From a virus: 64,000 bases of DNA. The notes beneath the pieces were generated by a model, which was not told where the DNA came from, did no database searches, and was given only the letters and a program-made list of their open reading frames with translations. How positions within the stretch are numbered: position 1 is the first letter of the stretch; every line of letters starts with the position of its first letter. The position numbers were made by a program, and so were the translations under genes. The stretch covers positions 64,001-128,000 of the IMG/VR virus record IMGVR_UViG_3300050120_000210; one strand, 5' to 3'. Below, piece after piece: positions 18,858 to 28,375 of this stretch.

Positions 18858-19049
18858 TCAGTGTCGGCGAAAAACCAAGAAAATGAGGCCCACCAGTGCG
18901 ACGAGCAGGGTGGGCTTCACTACATCTGGGGTATGTTCAGTCGTGAGGTGCTGAAACTCTGGGTGGTTCGACAGCGAGGGTTTGCTCTTGAGCATCCGAA
19001 GTTGATGGAGACGCTTGCGCGAAAACTTGGGTTTGATGATTTCGGTCAT
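18858..19049 (-). CDS. Small membrane protein
   Basis: C-terminal TM segment. Confidence 0.5.
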   Translation of the reverse strand: MTEIIKPKFSRKRLHQLRMLKSKPSLSNHPEFQHLTTEHTPDVVKPTLLVALVGLIFLVFRRH

Positions 19050-19056
19050 GCTACAC

Positions 19057-19260
19057 CTAGCCGTTGGGGCAACCTTCCGATGTCATGAGTGAACTCGCCA
19101 CATCGTCAAACGGGTAATGTTCGTCTTCATAAGCGCAGATCGCATCGGCGAGAGTGTTGAAGAAATCACTCTCGGGCGTGCCGAGCATCGGCTCGCGGCG
19201 GAAGAACCCTTCAACCAACTGCATAGCTACCTGATACTCTGCTTCGTCGAGGAGGATCAT
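19057..19260 (-). CDS. Stand-alone HigA-antitoxin N-terminal-like peptide (no HTH)
   Basis: EAEYQVAMQLVEGFF..EP..GTPESDFFNTLADAICAYEDEHYPF. Confidence 0.65.
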   Translation of the reverse strand: MILLDEAEYQVAMQLVEGFFRREPMLGTPESDFFNTLADAICAYEDEHYPFDDVASSLMTSEGCPNG

Positions 19261-20387
19261 TTGTAGTGACTATACCCTTTCACGACGCCGACCTTCATGC
19301 GGCTTTTTGGCACGATCACAAGCGGATCGTATTGCCCGATGAGTTGATCCGGCATGTCTTCCGGCGTCCACGCATCGTATTCCCATTTTGTGGTGTCCGA
19401 TCTGGGTGAGCCACGCATCTTGGTTCTCCCAAGCGCCTCCGTATCGAAGTTGCTATACCAGTAATCATGGTTTGCATCGTGATTCAATTTTTCCAGTTCG
19501 TCGGTGAAGGTCTTCACTTCTTCACGATTGGTGAATTGATGCTCTTCACGAGTAGCATCTTCTTCATCGTCCCACTTGTGGGATTTAGAGTAGGTGAGTT
19601 CGAACACGGCTGGCGTTCGAAATAGGATGACGCACGGGAACCGCTTGCCGCCTTCTTTGGCGACCATGGCGGCTCTATGGCGTCCTTCGTGACCCTCTAC
19701 TTGCCCGGTCGCGTGAGTCACGATCAGGAAAGGCATGTTATACATGTTCTTGTTGAAGGATGTATCCGTGCCTTGGTCATAGTCCCTCACCGAGAGAGCA
19801 AACTTGTCCTTGTAGATTTGTTGGACTTCGCTCTCCGGGGTCGTCAGTCGGATGAAGTCGTTGGGGTCCATGACCACGACTAGAGCGGCATATTCGCCAC
19901 GCATCCCGTTGACGACACCTTTACGTAGTGGCAGGCGGGCGTCTTCGTCCAATTCAGGTTCGCCCAGTGCCTTTCGACGCATCGCCTCATACTCTTCGCG
20001 ATCATCGTCATCCCAGTCTTGCTCGACGTAGCGAACCAGCACGCCGCCGCTGTGATGATCGTCTCTCATGAAGCCGAAACGTTCGTAGAAGATTTTGTTC
20101 CGGCCGGAAGACGGTAGGACATAGAGATTGAAGTCGGCCTCGTCTGCCTTCTGGCAAAGGTAGGTCATGAACTTCGTTCCGGCGCCGGTGCCCATATCGT
20201 GCTTGGCGTTCAGGTCCGTCATCTCTATTTCCGGGGCATGATAGGCCGGGTAGCGGAACCGGGCATCAATGCCGATTGACCGACCGTAGCGGGTGACATC
20301 GGCGATCATGTTGCGGGCGCGCTGTTCGGCTTCGTCTCGATCATCGAGCCGCCCTTCGATCACACGCATGATATCCCGCATATCCAT
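19257..20387 (-). CDS. Putative virion-internal protein: GNAT-like plus ParB-like domains
   Basis: MDMRDIMRVIE; GTGAGTKFM..FYERFGF; linker LDED; GHEGRHRA; CTAAATA 5 nt before ATG. Confidence 0.7.
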   Translation of the reverse strand: MDMRDIMRVIEGRLDDRDEAEQRARNMIADVTRYGRSIGIDARFRYPAYHAPEIEMTDLNAKHDMGTGAGTKFMTYLCQKADEADFNLYVLPSSGRNKIFYERFGFMRDDHHSGGVLVRYVEQDWDDDDREEYEAMRRKALGEPELDEDARLPLRKGVVNGMRGEYAALVVVMDPNDFIRLTTPESEVQQIYKDKFALSVRDYDQGTDTSFNKNMYNMPFLIVTHATGQVEGHEGRHRAAMVAKEGGKRFPCVILFRTPAVFELTYSKSHKWDDEEDATREEHQFTNREEVKTFTDELEKLNHDANHDYWYSNFDTEALGRTKMRGSPRSDTTKWEYDAWTPEDMPDQLIGQYDPLVIVPKSRMKVGVVKGYSHYK

Positions 20388-20513
20388 GCACTTATTTAGG
20401 GATTCCATATCTCGGGTTGCTCCCTCGCGCCAACCGTCCGGTTAGGATGCGAAAGAATTTGGTAAACGAAACTCGCCGGTGTTACGTTCTGGGGATTAAC
20501 TAAGGTATCTCGC

Positions 20514-20960
20514 ATGACGGCAGAAGTCATTGACGTGGATTTTTCGTCCACAAGAACCGATTCGGTTTCTGAATATTTGGCACGTATCCGCAAGCTGGAA
20601 GAACAGCTTGCGGCATCGTTGCTTGGTGCTCGTCTTCTTGAAGAACGAAATTCAAAGCTTGTTCTTGAAAACAAGACACTGAGTAATCTAGTGTCGAGTG
20701 TTCGTTTGTTGGTTTCACCCGAAACAACAGTGATTTCGAAGCAACCACGCAAATACAATAGAATACTTCCAACATCCAAGAATAGAAAATTGATTTCTTA
20801 CAAGAAATTCACGGATGCTGTTGTGGCCAAGTGGGAAATTGATCCTTCTAATATTAAACAAGTGGCAAAATATACTGGAATTACCTATGGCACAATTCGT
20901 CGCTGGCGGATTGCTGGGGAAGCACCAGAAATGGCAATTCAACTTATCGATGAGGCATAA
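20514..20960 (+). CDS. Coiled-coil plus HTH protein, AT-rich
   Basis: IKQVAKYTGITYGTIRRW. Confidence 0.7.
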   Translation: MTAEVIDVDFSSTRTDSVSEYLARIRKLEEQLAASLLGARLLEERNSKLVLENKTLSNLVSSVRLLVSPETTVISKQPRKYNRILPTSKNRKLISYKKFTDAVVAKWEIDPSNIKQVAKYTGITYGTIRRWRIAGEAPEMAIQLIDEA

Positions 20961-20962
20961 TT

Positions 20963-22882
20963 ATGCAATTTACACAAAGCAGTGAACGAATCGGCGTTAA
21001 CGAACACAACGCATCCAGCTACGTTTCAGCCAAATTTTCGGCAATGGGCGTCGGTATGATCGGTCGCGAATCGACCAAAAACATCGACGAAGCTCCCAGC
21101 GCAGATTGGGAAACCACTCGACTGGCCTACATTGAGCCGGTCTTCGAAGTGGAAGGACACACCGCACCAAAGCTCGCCGTTTTCAATACGTGCGGTGTTG
21201 GCTTCGCGGGTGACGACCTCGCTGATTTGATGGAAGCCGGAGCTTCCACAAAGCTCCTGCAAGCACAGGGTGGCACGAACCACGGCGAGGGCCTGAAATA
21301 TGCCTCGTGCAAGTTCAACGAACTTGGCATTGTGGTGACCAGCCGCAAAGGCGACGTGATTACGCGAGTTAAGCTCTTCAAGGGCAGTGATGGTCTTTTC
21401 CATCGCGCCATGTATCTCGCGCCCGGCCTTCGGCAACGCTATCTGAATCTCGGGCCGGGCGATCTGAGCGCGGAAGATACCGTGCGATATGAACGCCCCG
21501 GTGATTTCTACGACGTGAAGTTCTTGGGCAACGCCACGGATCAGAACACGTTTGAGAATCCGTATGGTGTTGCGAACCCCGAACAGGATGTGATTCTCAA
21601 GGAAATCACCACACGATTTTCTATCATCGGATACATGTGCCCAAAGGCGCTGCGTCTGATTTATCGGGAACAAGATGGCACGGAAACTGTTGTTCGTTCC
21701 TTCTCGGATGCGGTGTGCGACCCCTCCATCAAGTTCGAGCCTACGAAAGACCCAGTGACGGGTATTGAAGTTGATTTCTACTACTACGACGACTCCAAAA
21801 CCAAAATCAATCCCTTCGAGAAGTTCTTTGGTCACCAAGGTTCGCGAATTGCGCTGGAATACCGTGGTGAACAATTTGATGTTCTTCAGGGCAAGGATTG
21901 GTCCAACAAATCCGGCCAATACGGATTCGGTGGAATGGGTCGTAATATCAGCATCATCATTCGTGTGCCGGGTTGCAGCGACAATGATGATCGCACGTCA
22001 TTGCTGGTCAACAGTGTTCCGGTCACTACCAAAGATTATATCAGCGAAATCCAATCTCTCATGCCGATTTGGATGGAAGATTTGATCCGCAACAATCGGC
22101 CAAAGGCCGAAAAGGATTTGCAGTCCGAATTCCAAAAGTTGCTTGATTCGCTGACGATGATTTCAGCCACCCAGTCTGCAACTGGTTCGGTGAGCGTTAC
22201 TCAGCAAGTTCAGGCGACCGTGACCAAGGGTCCGCCGCGCGGCCCAGTTATCAATCCCGGCGTCAGTCATCCCGGCGCCAAAACGCCCGGCGACGGAACC
22301 GGGACGGTCACTCAACCGAACGTCCTCGCCACTGTGACTATGAGCGGCCCGCAGTCCAAACAAGTCACAGCACCCGATGTGTCATGGGTTCTCAACCTGT
22401 CTGGTTTCATCGATCTTCAGGGTAAGGGTAGCATGTTCACCAAAGGGAGTGCCTACTATTACATGAACGAGAATTTCCCGGTCATCGACAATCTGATTAA
22501 TCAGGTTTTGGTGAATTACGCTGCGCGTAGCACCAAAGCCGTTATCGGAGACGACGAGATTTATGAAATCACTCGCAACGAAGTGAAGGTCCACTGCGCG
22601 CGAGTGGTCGGGCGCTACATCGCTCGAAATCTCGCCAAGGTGAGCAATTTGGCCTATTCCGAAACGGACATTTATCGCCACGGTCTGTCAATTACGGCTC
22701 TTACGACGGTTTTCGAAAGCTGTCTTGAAGATGCGGCCGACGTTTGGAATCGTTTGCGCGGCACAACCGCATGGACGCACCGCATCGCCAAACTTAACAG
22801 CGTCACCAAGAAAGCCCACGTATCACCGGAAGACATCGACAAGGTCGTCCCGTTCGATGCACCAACGGCCCTCACCGCCTAA
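20963..22882 (+). CDS. GHKL (HSP90/MORC-like) ATPase domain protein
   Basis: RESTKNIDEA (ExxxN), NxxGxG, GASTK, NHGEGLK motifs. Confidence 0.7.
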   Translation: MQFTQSSERIGVNEHNASSYVSAKFSAMGVGMIGRESTKNIDEAPSADWETTRLAYIEPVFEVEGHTAPKLAVFNTCGVGFAGDDLADLMEAGASTKLLQAQGGTNHGEGLKYASCKFNELGIVVTSRKGDVITRVKLFKGSDGLFHRAMYLAPGLRQRYLNLGPGDLSAEDTVRYERPGDFYDVKFLGNATDQNTFENPYGVANPEQDVILKEITTRFSIIGYMCPKALRLIYREQDGTETVVRSFSDAVCDPSIKFEPTKDPVTGIEVDFYYYDDSKTKINPFEKFFGHQGSRIALEYRGEQFDVLQGKDWSNKSGQYGFGGMGRNISIIIRVPGCSDNDDRTSLLVNSVPVTTKDYISEIQSLMPIWMEDLIRNNRPKAEKDLQSEFQKLLDSLTMISATQSATGSVSVTQQVQATVTKGPPRGPVINPGVSHPGAKTPGDGTGTVTQPNVLATVTMSGPQSKQVTAPDVSWVLNLSGFIDLQGKGSMFTKGSAYYYMNENFPVIDNLINQVLVNYAARSTKAVIGDDEIYEITRNEVKVHCARVVGRYIARNLAKVSNLAYSETDIYRHGLSITALTTVFESCLEDAADVWNRLRGTTAWTHRIAKLNSVTKKAHVSPEDIDKVVPFDAPTALTA

Positions 22883-22884
22883 TG

Positions 22885-22911
22885 AAAGGCCCCCGGATTT
22901 CGGGGGCCTTT
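22885..22911 (+). terminator. Rho-independent terminator
   Basis: AAAGGCCCCCG/CGGGGGCCTTT. Confidence 0.75.
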
Positions 22912-23027
22912 CTCTTGGTCCATGTCACGCTCCCCGTCTATAGAGTGAGGGCTTGTTACCCACCGCCGTCTATGATGGTAGAGGGAGACTGTCTCGCCCT
23001 CGGACTAGATATCAGGAGGACGACATC

Positions 23028-23246
23028 ATGGGTTGGATCAGCAAGCGGTTCTCACAGAACCGAAGCAAGTGGGGCAAGACGATCTCGGAGGAAAAGCGCC
23101 GAGCGCCTCTCCGCAGGATCGTGCATGTCATTCGCGCTCGCGAAAGTTTGTTCGACAGCGATTGGGTCGAACTGGAATGCGGGCATCAGGTTCACGCATT
23201 CGGCGACATCCGCGCACGATGCGTGAAATGTCTCAGACAGCCTTGA
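23028..23246 (+). CDS. Small zinc-finger protein
   Basis: AGGAGG SD; LECGH...CVKC. Confidence 0.7.
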   Translation: MGWISKRFSQNRSKWGKTISEEKRRAPLRRIVHVIRARESLFDSDWVELECGHQVHAFGDIRARCVKCLRQP

Positions 23247-23263
23247 AGAGAATCGTGAGCAAT

Positions 23264-23290
23264 AAAAAAGGCCGGGCGAACCCGGCCTTC
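23264..23290. terminator. Terminator between convergent genes
   Basis: AAGGCCGGG-CGAA-CCCGGCCTT (UUCG loop on the minus strand). Confidence 0.75.
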
Positions 23291-23310
23291 TCTATTTTCG
23301 GTCGAAGACC

Positions 23311-23745
23311 TTACTTCTTCTTCGAACCGGCGTCGTCTTGGCTCGGCGCCGCCGGACGTTCCGGGCGGTGACCAGCTTCGAGGATCGGCATGGCGCCCTC
23401 GGTCGGCACGTAGATGATCTGATCGTGCGACGTGGCGAGGTTGTTGATGTAGAGGTAACGGAGGTAGTCCTCGTTGCCCTTCAGGCCGTCGCCGATGATC
23501 TTGTTGGCGTCGCGGACACCTTCAGCCCGGCGGACTTCCGCCTTGGCTTCGTAGTCGGCGCTTTCATACTTCGCCTTCGCCGTCTGGACGGCGACTTGCT
23601 TGCTGGCTTCGGCCTTGGCCAACTCGGCTTGCCCTTCCATCTTGGAAGTGTAGACGTTGTAGGACGGGCAGCCATATAGACCGGTGCCGACGCAGGCCAG
23701 AACGACGAAGAGCACGATGGCTCCGAGCTTGATGATTTGGGACAA
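23311..23745 (-). CDS. Membrane protein, SPFH/band-7-related coiled coil
   Basis: TM, GCPSYNVY, alanine-rich coil, YLRYLYI, IIYVPTE; AAGGAG SD. Confidence 0.75.
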   Translation of the reverse strand: MSQIIKLGAIVLFVVLACVGTGLYGCPSYNVYTSKMEGQAELAKAEASKQVAVQTAKAKYESADYEAKAEVRRAEGVRDANKIIGDGLKGNEDYLRYLYINNLATSHDQIIYVPTEGAMPILEAGHRPERPAAPSQDDAGSKKK

Positions 23746-23826
23746 AACGGGGTCTCCTTTGAGTTGAACTTAATTGGACCCTATCCTGAGTTTCAATCTG
23801 GTCAACGAAAATGCGCTAAATATCGG

Positions 23827-24948
23827 ATGCGCTATCACGAGATCACCGAGGCCATTGCCAATCCGCCCCGTGCTCTGGGCGCTTACGTGCGTAAACGCAT
23901 CTCCGAACTCAAGTCCATCGTCTCCGCAAGAGATCGCGCAGCCCAGATCGTTTCCGCAAACGAAAAACTTGGCGAGCCAATGCTGAATTATTTTCTGCGA
24001 TATGGATCGGACAATGTCGAAGCGGCAAACGACCTCGGCTATGCGATCCATATCGCCAAGAACCTAGATCGCTATCGCCCGCTCGATCAACTGCTTTCCA
24101 ATTTGGAAGCGTTCCTCGCGCACGGCCACGAGTTTCGTCGCTACGTGCTGAACTCATTCGCCTATGCGGAGCCGATCCCAGAAGATGCAAAAAAAACATT
24201 CTCGGTTCTTGACACGGCTGAGGTTGGCGCCGAAAAATACGGCTTCAAACCGAACGACCCCGACAACGCCAAAGACGAGGAGTTCGTAGCGGCCATGGCA
24301 TTGCTTGAAGGTTTGCGACTTTTCGACGGAGCCTATCAGAAAGGCGAAACACTCTGGGCGGACGTGAGCCACAAAATTGGGCTCATCGGTCGTGGTCGCC
24401 CGGAGCATGATGCTGTTGAGACACTCTACCACGCCACGGCGTTTGTTCCTGAGATTTTGAGAGACGGTTTTGCGGCCGAACGCCCACTGGATCGGCGCGG
24501 CCTCGGAAACCTTGGCGAAGTGAACGCCACCATCTCCTTCACCCACGATCTCGACTTGGCGCGCAATCTAATGCGCTCGCTCAAGGAAATCTGGATGATT
24601 GCCCACGGTCAATTGAAGGCACGGCAGATCGTCAGTTGGATTCGCATCGAGGGGTTGGAGAAGCAAGTCAGTGGGATGTATCCCCACGGGACCAACCTCG
24701 ACGCCCTGAACACACCGGAAGAAGCCGTCACACTCTATCGTTACTGGCTTGCGTTCTCGAAGATGCGTGTCGATCCCACGTTCGTTTCACCAGAACGTCT
24801 TCTCACGGTGATGGCTGATCGGAAAGAGTCCGACATCGGCGTGTTGGTCTGCGAAGTCGAGATCAGCATGAAGGATGAATATTTCGCGGGAGAATCGGAG
24901 TTCCGTTTGACGCCGGACAAAGTCCTATCGGTCAAACGCCAGTTCTAA
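23827..24948 (+). CDS. Putative virion-internal protein with ADP-ribosyltransferase-like C-terminal domain
   Basis: MRYHEITE; LYHAT..ILRDGF, ISFT, GESE; CTAAATA 4 nt before ATG. Confidence 0.6.
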   Translation: MRYHEITEAIANPPRALGAYVRKRISELKSIVSARDRAAQIVSANEKLGEPMLNYFLRYGSDNVEAANDLGYAIHIAKNLDRYRPLDQLLSNLEAFLAHGHEFRRYVLNSFAYAEPIPEDAKKTFSVLDTAEVGAEKYGFKPNDPDNAKDEEFVAAMALLEGLRLFDGAYQKGETLWADVSHKIGLIGRGRPEHDAVETLYHATAFVPEILRDGFAAERPLDRRGLGNLGEVNATISFTHDLDLARNLMRSLKEIWMIAHGQLKARQIVSWIRIEGLEKQVSGMYPHGTNLDALNTPEEAVTLYRYWLAFSKMRVDPTFVSPERLLTVMADRKESDIGVLVCEVEISMKDEYFAGESEFRLTPDKVLSVKRQF

Positions 24949-25574
24949 GCGCACGAGTGCCCCATGCGAAAACCCATGTTGGCAAACTTTTGCTGAAGAC
25001 GTTTTCCTTCGAGTTCGTTCATCATCCTGAATGACCACTGATTGATCTGCGTCTCCACGCCGCCGCGTGGCAGTGACTTACCGACGTTGGCGAACGTTTG
25101 CTCAATTTCCAACATCTCGCGATAGTCCAAATCGTGCTCCCATCGCCGCCGCCAGCGAATTGGCTGGAAATCGAACGTGAACATATGACTGTGGAGACCT
25201 TGATAAGTGTGCTCTTGGCGGACACTGATGAGGCTGACCACGAAATCATTGGGCAACGTGGATCGAAACATGATTCCGTCCAACCAATCGGCGGTGGGCT
25301 CCCAGCTAAGAAACGATGTGAAACCTTCTTCCCACAAAAACGTGGCGCGTTCGCGCGTCTTGACCATCGAACCATCGGGCATATGGGTCATCTCGATGGT
25401 GACCGGAACTCCGACGTTGAAATATTCCTGAACGAGGTTCTTGTCGGTATCGACCCAGTTGTGGCCGCGTTTCCATTCGCCAACATGCAGGCCGCTGTGA
25501 GACAGACTTCGTTCGATGAACTCGGAGCCGAGAACTTCGTAGAGTAAGCGGGTCTCGACAACTTGCGAGATCAT
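24945..25574 (-). CDS. Hypothetical protein
   Basis: 209-aa coupled ORF. Confidence 0.65.
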   Translation of the reverse strand: MISQVVETRLLYEVLGSEFIERSLSHSGLHVGEWKRGHNWVDTDKNLVQEYFNVGVPVTIEMTHMPDGSMVKTRERATFLWEEGFTSFLSWEPTADWLDGIMFRSTLPNDFVVSLISVRQEHTYQGLHSHMFTFDFQPIRWRRRWEHDLDYREMLEIEQTFANVGKSLPRGGVETQINQWSFRMMNELEGKRLQQKFANMGFRMGHSCA

Positions 25575-25753
25575 GCAGCCAGCCGTTGTTTCGAGCCTTC
25601 GTAGTCGGCCCAGAATTGAATGGCCTGCTTAACGGCGTCGGCCGCGAAACCTTCTCGCAAGAGGATGCTTTCGAGATTCTTCAGCGAACGGATTTGCCGA
25701 TCTTTGGCGATCTGAACCGCAGCACGAACGGCTTCAAATACATCGTCGGGCAT
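25571..25753 (-). CDS. Small hypothetical protein
   Basis: GGAGG SD; promoter upstream. Confidence 0.7.
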   Translation of the reverse strand: MPDDVFEAVRAAVQIAKDRQIRSLKNLESILLREGFAADAVKQAIQFWADYEGSKQRLAA

Positions 25754-25820
25754 TCGAGCCTCCGGTCTGTTGAAAAATTCTATCCAGAACAGAAGCTACC
25801 ACCATTTAGCAAGTGGTCAA

Positions 25821-26594
25821 CTAAAAGGCGACCTCGACTAGCTTGTGACCCTTCTCGAAAATATTGGCCAATGCTTCCTTGTCGAGCATCTTGTAGAACG
25901 AGCCATCAATTTTGCGAGCGATGGGGAAACGCATCGCCATTTTGGTCCACTCCGGCGTAGCCACAGTATAGAGCCACATCTTGGTGTAGACTTTGCTCAT
26001 GCGGCCCTGCCACTTGTGCTTGATCGTTTCAAGTTCGGCATGGGCCAGCTTAGGAGAGATCAACGCGAACATGTAGGAGTTGTCGGCCTTCTGGACGAGG
26101 ATCACGCCAACGGCCTTCAGCGCCATCTCGTTGGCAAGTTCGTCGTCGGCCGTGCTGTCCTTCAACGGAACGCGAATGCCGCTGAGACGGCTGATCTCGC
26201 GCAGCTTGGACAAGAACTTCTGCCCATGATTTTCGGCCGTGTCCCCGATGTGGTAGAAATAGACGTGGATCATCTCGTGCAAAAGAATGCCGTCGATGGT
26301 CTCCGGGGTTCGTTTGAACATCGACGAAATTTGCAAGATCATGCTACCGGGCACGAGCTTGGTATAGTGTGCCATCATATGGCGCGGAGCAGCTTTGTAT
26401 TGCTTGCCGTTCCTAATTTTCACCGGGCCGGTATAAGTCGTGCGAGCTTTTACGACGCCACCGATGCCCTTCAATTGAGCAAACTCAACCGGAATCTTCG
26501 GGAGTTCACCGTTGAAATAGGCATTGTTGAACTTATCGTATGTCCCCTGAAGGTCGTAGGCTTCGGGGTTTTCGTATAGCTCACGGTAGCGCAT
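25821..26594 (-). CDS. SprT-like zinc metalloprotease, putative virion-internal
   Basis: MRYRELYE; FNNAYFNGELP; LLHEMIH; HGQKF; CTAAATA 4 nt before ATG. Confidence 0.8.
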   Translation of the reverse strand: MRYRELYENPEAYDLQGTYDKFNNAYFNGELPKIPVEFAQLKGIGGVVKARTTYTGPVKIRNGKQYKAAPRHMMAHYTKLVPGSMILQISSMFKRTPETIDGILLHEMIHVYFYHIGDTAENHGQKFLSKLREISRLSGIRVPLKDSTADDELANEMALKAVGVILVQKADNSYMFALISPKLAHAELETIKHKWQGRMSKVYTKMWLYTVATPEWTKMAMRFPIARKIDGSFYKMLDKEALANIFEKGHKLVEVAF

Positions 26595-26882
26595 ACGATA
26601 TTTAGCGCGGGGAGGGCTTGCCCGGCTTGTCTCTGGTCTTGGTAGCACGGGAACCACACGTCTTACATTTCGATCCAGCCGTGACCTTATCTCGATCACA
26701 GCCCGAGCACCAAAATGATTTTGAGCGGGGCTCTCGCGAAGCTTCGCGATTGGTCAGTTCGTATTGGAAATCGTTTGACATTGTTTTTGAGTATAGTAGA
26801 AAACGCCGGTCAACAGAACCCTGATGGACAACTCTGTTGGAACTGGTCGGGTGACTGGGCCTTTTTAACGTCGAATATCCAG

Positions 26883-26910
26883 TGGCCTCGGTGAGAAATC
26901 ACCGGGGCCA
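26883..26910. terminator. Strong hairpin after the 26918-28198 gene
   Basis: TGGCCTCGGTGA-GAAA-TCACCGGGGCCA. Confidence 0.55.
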
Positions 26911-26917
26911 TTGTCGT

Positions 26918-28198
26918 TTACGCCTTGGCGAAAACCTCGTTCATGTTTTCCTCTGACGCATACATCTTCGTGCCATCGGGCAGCTTCACGTCGTGGAACG
27001 TGGTCGGGAAGCGATAGAAGAACGTCGGCCGAGACATGCGGAACGTCTGAACGTAGGATTGCACGATGGATTGCTTCACGTTGAAACTCGAACCATCGGG
27101 GAAGGCGAAGGTCAGCAACGCGGTGATGATACCCGAGTTCGTGTTGATGCTGACGACTTTCTCTTGGAAGTCCCCACCCTTGGTCGTCAGGATCGGCGCC
27201 AGCTTGGCGGTGTTCTTGTAGACGAACTCGTTCTGCATGGCTTCGACTTGCTCTTCCGCGATGCCGTCGAGCTTGGTCTGCCAATCGGCATACAGAGCCT
27301 TCGTCTGGTAATCCATGAGCATCATAATCAGAGCGGAGTCCCTCGCCATTTTCTTGGCGCGTTCCGGGTCGTTGGCCATGGAGTCGATGAAACTTTGCAC
27401 CGACTTGGTCATCCATTCGATCAGGTGGACCTTCTGGGCGGCGCGAACGTCGTTGGTCATTTCCTTCAGGAGAGCGAAGATTTTCTTGGTCTGGGCGCTC
27501 GATGACGGCGGCGGGGTGTAGGGTTTCTTCGGGTCTTGCTTGGCTTGCAGCGGCTCCATGCCCAGCAGAGCCAAAATTTGTTCCATGAAATCGGTTTCGG
27601 TGGCGGCCCACTTGAAGAACGTCTCGAACGTCGTCGGGTTGACCGCGCCGTTTTTGTAGTCTCCGCAGATTTCGTAGGTCGCGCCGTCCGACGAGGTGAC
27701 GACGTAGGCGCTGCACCACACGAAGAACTCGAAATCGATCTCGATGCGCTGATAAGAGCCGCGCTTGGACTCGGCTGCCCGGAGGTTTCGGATTTCGTAG
27801 CGGCCTTTCTTGCTCAGGTTGGCTTGCATGAGCGGAAGGACTTGTTCCTTCATCTGGGCGTAGGCGAGCTTGCTGCGGTCGTTCCAGTCGGAATCTCGCG
27901 ACGATTCCGGCGCGGGGTCGAACTCGGCGTAGTATTTTATCTCATTGGAGTGGTAGGTCTTGCCGCCATGGTTGCCATACATCTTCTTGACCATGTCGCC
28001 GAACGGCGTCGCACCGAGCACCCAGCCACCGTCTGACGGCTTGAGCACCTTGGTGTTCTCGATCTTCCAGCCTTGCAGATTGCCGATGATTTCGGTCAGA
28101 AGCTTCGCATTCAGCGCAGCAGCACCACCCTTCCGCATCTTGAGCATCATATGTTCAACGGCGGGGGTGAGGGATTCCATGATCTCGTGGGCGCGCAT
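26918..28198 (-). CDS. Putative virion-internal protein
   Basis: MRAHEIME; CTAAATA at 28221-28227 and GGAGG SD; strong codon bias. Confidence 0.75.
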   Translation of the reverse strand: MRAHEIMESLTPAVEHMMLKMRKGGAAALNAKLLTEIIGNLQGWKIENTKVLKPSDGGWVLGATPFGDMVKKMYGNHGGKTYHSNEIKYYAEFDPAPESSRDSDWNDRSKLAYAQMKEQVLPLMQANLSKKGRYEIRNLRAAESKRGSYQRIEIDFEFFVWCSAYVVTSSDGATYEICGDYKNGAVNPTTFETFFKWAATETDFMEQILALLGMEPLQAKQDPKKPYTPPPSSSAQTKKIFALLKEMTNDVRAAQKVHLIEWMTKSVQSFIDSMANDPERAKKMARDSALIMMLMDYQTKALYADWQTKLDGIAEEQVEAMQNEFVYKNTAKLAPILTTKGGDFQEKVVSINTNSGIITALLTFAFPDGSSFNVKQSIVQSYVQTFRMSRPTFFYRFPTTFHDVKLPDGTKMYASEENMNEVFAKA

Positions 28199-28375
28199 GA
28201 ATAGTTCCTCCGTAATGTCCTATTTAGAATAGCTCAGTTTGAGAGTAGCGCAAGGATAAAACAAGCATAGGTCGAGTAGAATATCGCTTTCTGGGTGGAG
28301 ATAAATACAAGCTCCCACACGCGTGCTGTTTGGATAAGTAAACCAAACACATCTTTGCAGAAAGTTATTACCCCC

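Noticed and set aside
26620-26870. Non-coding gap with the palindrome TCGCGAAGCTTCGCGA as a possible origin or ncRNA
   Set aside because: No iterons or extended fold visible, so there is too little support.
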